Below are positions 58,416 through 64,000 of a DNA stretch of 64,000 bases, one piece after another. Location of the stretch: assembly GCA_027623195.1 (NCBI GenBank), contig JAQBUT010000001.1, positions 126,752 through 190,751 of the forward strand, given 5' to 3'. The position numbers and the translations under genes were made by a program. The notes beneath the pieces were generated by a model. It was given only the letters and a program-made list of their open reading frames with translations. It was not told the DNA's origin and searched no databases. The stretch is from Chloroflexota bacterium. GTDB taxonomy: Bacteria > Chloroflexota > Dehalococcoidia > Lucifugimonadales > JADFKI01. The first letter of the stretch is position 1. Each line of letters starts with the position of its first letter.

Positions 58416-59354
58416 TCATTCCTGCAATCCGCGGCCCGTAAGTGAAAGAAAAACGTCTTCCAAATTGGACGGAGTGACCTCAAGGTGCTTCACCGGTGCG
58501 CCTGATTGGCCGGACCATGCCATAATCCCGGATACCGTTGCTGCAGCGTCCGAGGAGCGCATACGGACCGTGCCTTCTCCATCATCCACAACGTCCTGCA
58601 CGCCCGTCAGGTTACTCAGCGCGTCCAGATTGTACTCGCTGCCGGTGATTATCTTGACCTCGAAGGGAACAGGAAGGGCCCTGACCAGGTTTTCTGGAGA
58701 ATCCATTGCCACTATCTTACCGTTATCCATTATTGCGATACGATGGCAAAGAAACTCCGCCTCCTCCATGTAATGGGTGGTTAGCACCACAGTCCGCCCA
58801 TCCGCGTTGATGCTTTGAATAAAATCCCACAAACTTCTTCGTGCCTGCGGGTCCAGTCCCGTTGTAGGCTCGTCCAGGATAATGACCTCGGGCTCGTTGA
58901 TTAGCGTGGCGGCTATGGTGAACCGCTGCTGCTGACCGCCGGACAAGGTTTTGACCCTAGACTTAGCCTTGTCTAGCAAGCCAACGCGTTCCAGCAGCTC
59001 GCTTGTGGACGCGCGCCTCTTATAAAAACGAGCGAAAAGATTGAGGATTTCCTCTAAAGTAAGGTAGTCGAAGTATGCGGAAGCTTGAAGCTGAACGCCA
59101 ATGCGCTGCTTGACGTTCTCGGGTTCAATTTGGGTTTCCATCCCCAGCACGAAGGTGCGCCCTGAGGTAGGTTCCGACAGGCCTTCGATGCATTCGAGGG
59201 TGGTGGTCTTTCCGGCTCCATTAGGTCCCAAGATGCCGAATATTTCACCCTTGTGGACTTCAAATGAAACCCCGTCGACAGCATTCAGGTCGCCGAAGCT
59301 TTTCACCAAGTCTTCTACTTTTATTACCACGTCGTCGGATGACGAGGACACCAT
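58416..59354 (-). CDS. ABC transporter ATP-binding protein (DrrA-like exporter)
   Basis: GPNGAGKTT, LSGGQ, LDEPTTGLD, TTHYMEEA. Confidence 0.95.
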   Translation of the reverse strand: MVSSSSDDVVIKVEDLVKSFGDLNAVDGVSFEVHKGEIFGILGPNGAGKTTTLECIEGLSEPTSGRTFVLGMETQIEPENVKQRIGVQLQASAYFDYLTLEEILNLFARFYKRRASTSELLERVGLLDKAKSRVKTLSGGQQQRFTIAATLINEPEVIILDEPTTGLDPQARRSLWDFIQSINADGRTVVLTTHYMEEAEFLCHRIAIMDNGKIVAMDSPENLVRALPVPFEVKIITGSEYNLDALSNLTGVQDVVDDGEGTVRMRSSDAAATVSGIMAWSGQSGAPVKHLEVTPSNLEDVFLSLTGRGLQE

Positions 59355-59627
59355 TGCCGCTCCAAGCCTTCACCAGTCAGTGGGTCGTCGATTACCGACA
59401 GGTATGATAACCCATCAGGCGGTGCTTATGCGTCCGGCAAGGCAGCGAATTTGCTCAATGAGCTCCGTACGTCCACCGCCCTTCATCACGCCGCCGTGGA
59501 ATCATCAGGTTTGTCCATATTAACTACCCAAAAGAGCGCCTTTACTTCTGGGAATCGTATTAAGGGCCGCCACTTATAGTGTTAGATGCCCAAACGGTCT
59601 GACGCGCCTTGGCGGTTTAGCACTGAT

Positions 59628-61706
59628 TCAATCGACAAGCTGTTTGGCCAGTTCCGCAGGGTCGGTGACGGGTAAATTACAGACGTAGTTTTCACATACG
59701 TAAGCTGTGGGCTTGCCGCCGACCATAACGCGGTCTTGCAAAAGCGGTATTTCTTGAGCGGATTTGACATCCTCTGCATGGGCAACGCCCAAGAAGATAC
59801 GGTTGGCGATGTGATGACGAAAAACCTCCCGGCAGAGATCACCAGTCTGCTGGTCATCAGGCGACCCAACAATAACGATTTCCTTAGGGGTCGAAAGAAG
59901 AAAGTCTAGATCGCCCAACCAGTTGCCGGATCCAGTCGGATAGCTTGTCATCACATCTCGCACCGATTGAAGGCCAGCTATCGCCTTGTCCCTTAGTCCC
60001 TGATCATCAGTGATTATCGCCAGGCGTAACAGCACTCCCGACGCCATGGAACTACCAGATGGAATGGCGTTATCAGAGAAGTCCCTGGGCCTTACCACAA
60101 GGGTTTCGTGGTCGTGGCCCGTGTCGTAAAACTGGCCGGTTGCATCGTCCCAAAACAGCTCAACCATGTCACGACCGAGACGTATGGCCTCTGTGAGCCA
60201 GCGTTGCCCGAAACTGGCTTCGTGAAGGGCCAGAAGGCCATCTATTAGGAACGCGTAGTCCTCAAGATAGCCGTTTAATTTTGCTTCACCCGGTGCATGA
60301 GCGCCATCGGGGCCAGCCTTGTATGTACGGAGCACCCTTCCGCCCTTTACCATGCTGTCCAGCAGGAATTTTGCGTTTTGTTCTGCTATTTCGACATACT
60401 CACGAATGCCTAAAACGGCCCCAGCCTCCGCAAATGCCCTCAGCATCATGCCGTTCCAGGATGTCAGCACCTTGTCGTCACGCTGCGGGGCCACCCTTTG
60501 GGACCGCACTTCAAGAAGCTTTTTCTTAGTTCGAGAGATCAACTTATCGAACTCGTCGGCGGTCAGATTTTCGTCTCTTGCAAGATTTCCTGCGTCCATG
60601 GTTACGTGCAGAATATTCCGGCCTTCGAAGTTTCCATGAGGAGTGACGCCGTAATATTGATTCACAATTTCGGCATCGTCGTCACCAATTATTTCTTGTA
60701 TGTCCTGGGGCAGCCAGACGAAGAATTTGCCCTCGACACCCTCGCTATCAGCGTCCTGCGCTGAGTAGAAGCCGCCCTCCGGCGCCGTCATTTCGCGGGT
60801 CACGTAGGCCAGGGTTTCCTCCACAATGCGCCGATACATGGGCTTTCCAGTTACCTGATGTGCATGGAGGTACAGTTGGACGAGTAGAGCATTGTCGTAA
60901 AGCATCTTTTCAAAGTGAGGGACCAGCCAGAAGGTGTCGGTGGAGTACCGGTGAAAACCGCCGCCGATCTGGTCGTAGATGCCTCCCTTGGCCATTCTCT
61001 CCAGCGTGAGTTCCACCATCTCGAGGGCGTCGGCGTTTTCCGTACGCAGGTAATAACGCAGCAGGAATTCGTAGGTCATCGGCTGGGGAAATTTCGGCTG
61101 GATTCCAATGCCGCCGTACCTGTCATCAAAATCGCCCGAGATACCACTGAATGCCTGGTGCAACACCTCTTCCGTCATGGGAATGCCGGTGCCAGTGTTT
61201 ACCGATGCCATCTGCTCCATTCGTTCGATAAGCTGCTCTGTGGTCTTGACCACATTCTCCCTGTCGTTGGCGTATGCATCCGACAGCGCGGCGAGAACGC
61301 GAGGAAAAGCAGGCATGCCCCCCCGGTCGTCCGGCGGGAAATAGGTGCCGCCGTAAAAAGGCTTGCCGTCGGGCGTCAGAAAGACAGTCATTGGCCAACC
61401 GCCACGACCGGTCATGGCCTGGACGGCCGTCATGTATATGGAGTCGATGTCCGGACGCTCCTCGCGGTCCACCTTGATGCTTACGAACCCATCGTTCATC
61501 TGGGCCGCGATCTCGGGATTTTCGAAGGACTCTCGTTCCATGACATGGCACCAGTGGCAAGCGGAGTAGCCTACACTTAGCAGGATGGGCCGGTCTTCTG
61601 CTTTGGCCCGGTCCAAGGCCTCCTGGCCCCAGGGATACCAGTCCACGGGGTTATTGGCGTGCTGAAGAAGGTAAGGACTGGTCTCGTTGCTTAGTCTGTT
61701 GGGCAC
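59628..61706 (-). CDS. YyaL/SPATA20 (DUF255) thioredoxin domain + alpha/alpha-toroid protein
   Basis: [45 protein letters not shown]. Confidence 0.93.
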   Translation of the reverse strand: MPNRLSNETSPYLLQHANNPVDWYPWGQEALDRAKAEDRPILLSVGYSACHWCHVMERESFENPEIAAQMNDGFVSIKVDREERPDIDSIYMTAVQAMTGRGGWPMTVFLTPDGKPFYGGTYFPPDDRGGMPAFPRVLAALSDAYANDRENVVKTTEQLIERMEQMASVNTGTGIPMTEEVLHQAFSGISGDFDDRYGGIGIQPKFPQPMTYEFLLRYYLRTENADALEMVELTLERMAKGGIYDQIGGGFHRYSTDTFWLVPHFEKMLYDNALLVQLYLHAHQVTGKPMYRRIVEETLAYVTREMTAPEGGFYSAQDADSEGVEGKFFVWLPQDIQEIIGDDDAEIVNQYYGVTPHGNFEGRNILHVTMDAGNLARDENLTADEFDKLISRTKKKLLEVRSQRVAPQRDDKVLTSWNGMMLRAFAEAGAVLGIREYVEIAEQNAKFLLDSMVKGGRVLRTYKAGPDGAHAPGEAKLNGYLEDYAFLIDGLLALHEASFGQRWLTEAIRLGRDMVELFWDDATGQFYDTGHDHETLVVRPRDFSDNAIPSGSSMASGVLLRLAIITDDQGLRDKAIAGLQSVRDVMTSYPTGSGNWLGDLDFLLSTPKEIVIVGSPDDQQTGDLCREVFRHHIANRIFLGVAHAEDVKSAQEIPLLQDRVMVGGKPTAYVCENYVCNLPVTDPAELAKQLVD

Positions 61707-61776
61707 AGGCAGAGTTATCCTCTCTAGTTATGGTTGTTTACGTATCGGGACAGCCGCTTTGAAAAAGCCGCGCGAC

Positions 61777-63267
61777 TCAGAGGCCTGCCAGATCCAGCGT
61801 CGTTACCTTGAGACTTACCAGGTCGGCGACCCTTATCGCGTGGTTGTTGGTGTCGGCTATATACATTTTGCCTTGGGCGATGCTAATTCCAGCAGGTTCG
61901 TGGAACTGGACCTCATCTGCACGACCATTTGCCTCACCCGCAACACCCGTTCCTATGAAGCCATAGGCTTCTTTGGTGGCTGGATTAATCTTTTTGATCT
62001 TATTGTTGTATGTGTCGGTCACGTAAAGCATCCCGTCCAGCATTTCGATTCCGATAGGATGCTGGAGACGCACGTCTTCGCCAATGCCGTCCACATCCCC
62101 GAACTCGAACAGATGCAAGCCGACGATGGTCTCCACACGGCCCATGCGACTAAGGTCGGCGGTCCGTATGGCGCTGGTCTCGCTGTCTGTGAAGTAGAGC
62201 TTATCGCCGTCGGTGGCGATCCCGCTGGGTTGGGCCAACTCTGCCTCCGCCAGCGCGCCATCGACAATTCGTTCGCGGCCGTTGCCCGCGTAGGGCCTCG
62301 CCTCTTTCGTCGATAGCTCCAGGCTCCAAAGCTGATGGAAGCCTGCCATAGCGATGTACAGGACGCCTTCATTCAAGACCAGGTCCCAAGGGGAGTTGAG
62401 CTGTATAAGGTCAGCATTGCCGCCCCCGTGGCCCCCTCGCGCCTGCTGGCCGGTACCTGCAATGGTCTTAACCTCTCCACTGATCAGGTCGACCTCACGA
62501 ATGGCATGGTTCTTCGTGTCGGCCACATACAGCGTATCCCCATCAAGTGCCATTCCCTGGGGGTCGAAGAACTGCGCTTCATCCTTGGAGCCATCCCTGA
62601 GGCCTTCCTCCCCTGAGCCAATTACCTGCTGCACCTGGCCTTCCAAGGAGGCAACAAGAATACGATTGTGATTGGAGTCTGCGATGAACAGCCGATCAGA
62701 TGCGGCATCAGCCAAGACCTTGCCGGGGAACGACAACGGACGTTCCCACTCTTTTTCCTTCTCCAGGTGGAAAGTCAGAAGGCCTTTTTTCAACAAATTC
62801 TGGTCTTCGTATTTAGCGACCATGTCGCCCAGTAGCTTGTCGAAATCCGCTAGGTCGATCTCGCCCTCATGCTTACCGATGATCTTCCCCTGTGGGTCCA
62901 CGAACATGAGCGTTGGCCACGCACGCACGCCGTACTGCTGCCATATCTCAAAATCGCAATCGTTGACGACTGGGTGCTCCACCTCGTAGCGCAGGATGGC
63001 CTTGCGCACATTCGCCGAGTCCTGCTCCGCCGTGAACTTGGCGGAGTGGACGCCTATCACGGTCATCTCGTCCCGGTACTTCTCTTCCAATTTCCGCAAC
63101 TGCGGGAATACGTGCATGCAGTTAATTCAACAGTACGTCCAGAAATCCAATAGGACGATTCTGCCGCGTAGGTCTTGCATGGTCAGCGACTTGTCCGTGT
63201 TCAGCCAGTCCAAGTGCGTAGGAAAGTCGGGGGCGTCGTTCTTGCCTTGATACATTCTCGGGCTCAT
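61777..63267 (-). CDS. Thioredoxin-like + NHL-repeat selenoprotein (NHLRC2/SOQ1-like), 496 aa, Sec47 (UGA at 63127-63129)
   Basis: ATG 63267 after GGAGG reads [41 protein letters not shown], in frame with the listed 446-aa ORF; GVHSAKF, AWPT and NHL repeats. Confidence 0.9.
63090..63109 (-). promoter_or_regulatory. Candidate bacterial SECIS element
   Basis: AUUC-CCGC-AGUU-GCGG-AAAU hairpin whose loop starts 26 nt after the UGA. Confidence 0.65.
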
Positions 63268-63480
63268 GCGCGGCCCTCCATCTACAGGTGTTTGCGGATT
63301 CGATGCGAAGCGTATGCCGGCGGGTTTTGCTGCCGGGTGGAATCTAATGTACAGGTTTGGTAGGGAATTTAAAAGTTTGGCATGCTAAGAGGGAAACAAA
63401 GAGAGACGCAGCAATAAGAGGCTAGGCTAGCCTTGAATGCGAGGTTTTTTTGCCCAACATACAAGAATCACACCAGAAAG

Positions 63481-63969
63481 TTACACTGGCCAGGACTCCA
63501 TGTTGTAGGCCATCGTCCAGAAGAGGTATTCGTAACGAGAACTGGTGAGGAAAGCCTGCCGCATAGATTCGCGTACGGCGGGGCCGCCTTGTTCGGCAAA
63601 TGTGTCGACCAGGTCGCGCCATGCTGCGGTGCTCTCCTCCAGGAGGCCGGAATGGTATGCCTCTACCCATGCGTTGTATACAGGGTGGTCTGGCAAGGAA
63701 AGGCGATCGCCCAGCTCATTGTAGGACCACGGGCAGGGCAGGAGGGCGGCAGCGGCTTCGCCCACCCCTCCGGTAGCCGCGCTGGTGATAATGTGATTAA
63801 CGTAGGCCAGATTCGTCGGCGACGGGCCGACCCGATCCACCTCCGCTTGTTCGATTTCCAGCAGCTCGAACATTTTCGCGTGCAAGGGCCTTTCGATGGG
63901 CGTGTTCACACGACGGGCTAACTTACGAAGGGTATCAATGTCAGGACCTTTTGATAGGGCAATGGACAC
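63481..63969 (-). pseudogene. tenA: Thiaminase II TenA, 5'-truncated
   Basis: LLPCPWSY, YNAWVEAY, SRYEYLFWTMAY; in-frame TAA at 63988-63990 upstream and the N-terminal QD motif region is missing. Confidence 0.75.
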
Positions 63970-64000
63970 TGAGGTGGTATCGGTTTTTTAGACAGGTAGC
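63970..64000. mobile_element. Probable IS3-family terminal inverted repeat (element extends beyond the window)
   Basis: TGAGGTGGTATCGGTTTTTTAGACAGG begins with TG exactly where tenA similarity stops. Confidence 0.5.

Overview
A gene-dense, mostly GC-rich bacterial chromosomal window. Its gene content suggests Chloroflexota (Dehalococcoidia/SAR202-like); this is an inference from the luciferase-like monooxygenase, multiple SDRs, lactonase, translin homolog and Dehalococcoidia-type hypotheticals. In order it holds: a stand-alone Cys-type formate dehydrogenase alpha subunit; a sugar-acid/oxidoreductase cluster; a housekeeping block (tsaE, tsaB, ndk, rsfS, mnmA, rnhB, yraN, thiE, hppA); tRNA-Leu(UAA) followed by a small decaying accessory region; copper nitrite reductase nirK; a 14-repeat beta-propeller protein; aroC; glcDEF; a neuC/glycosyltransferase cluster; an ABC exporter; and a truncated tenA at the right edge. 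The main hidden signal is two genes that the ORF track splits at in-frame UGA codons. Each UGA sits in a UxxC redox motif and is followed by a SECIS-like hairpin, so both are probable selenoproteins. One is a 409-aa GrdB/PrdB-like protein (32885-34114). The other is a 496-aa thioredoxin + NHL-repeat protein of NHLRC2/SOQ1 type (61777-63267), lying in tandem with a YyaL/SPATA20-type thioredoxin protein. Also seen: a candidate structured small RNA divergent from aroC, a probable IS3-type end interrupting tenA, one nonsense pseudogene, and up to three homopolymer frameshifts that may be assembly errors. No CRISPR array, rRNA or integrase was seen. All product calls come from motif recognition by eye, not database searches.
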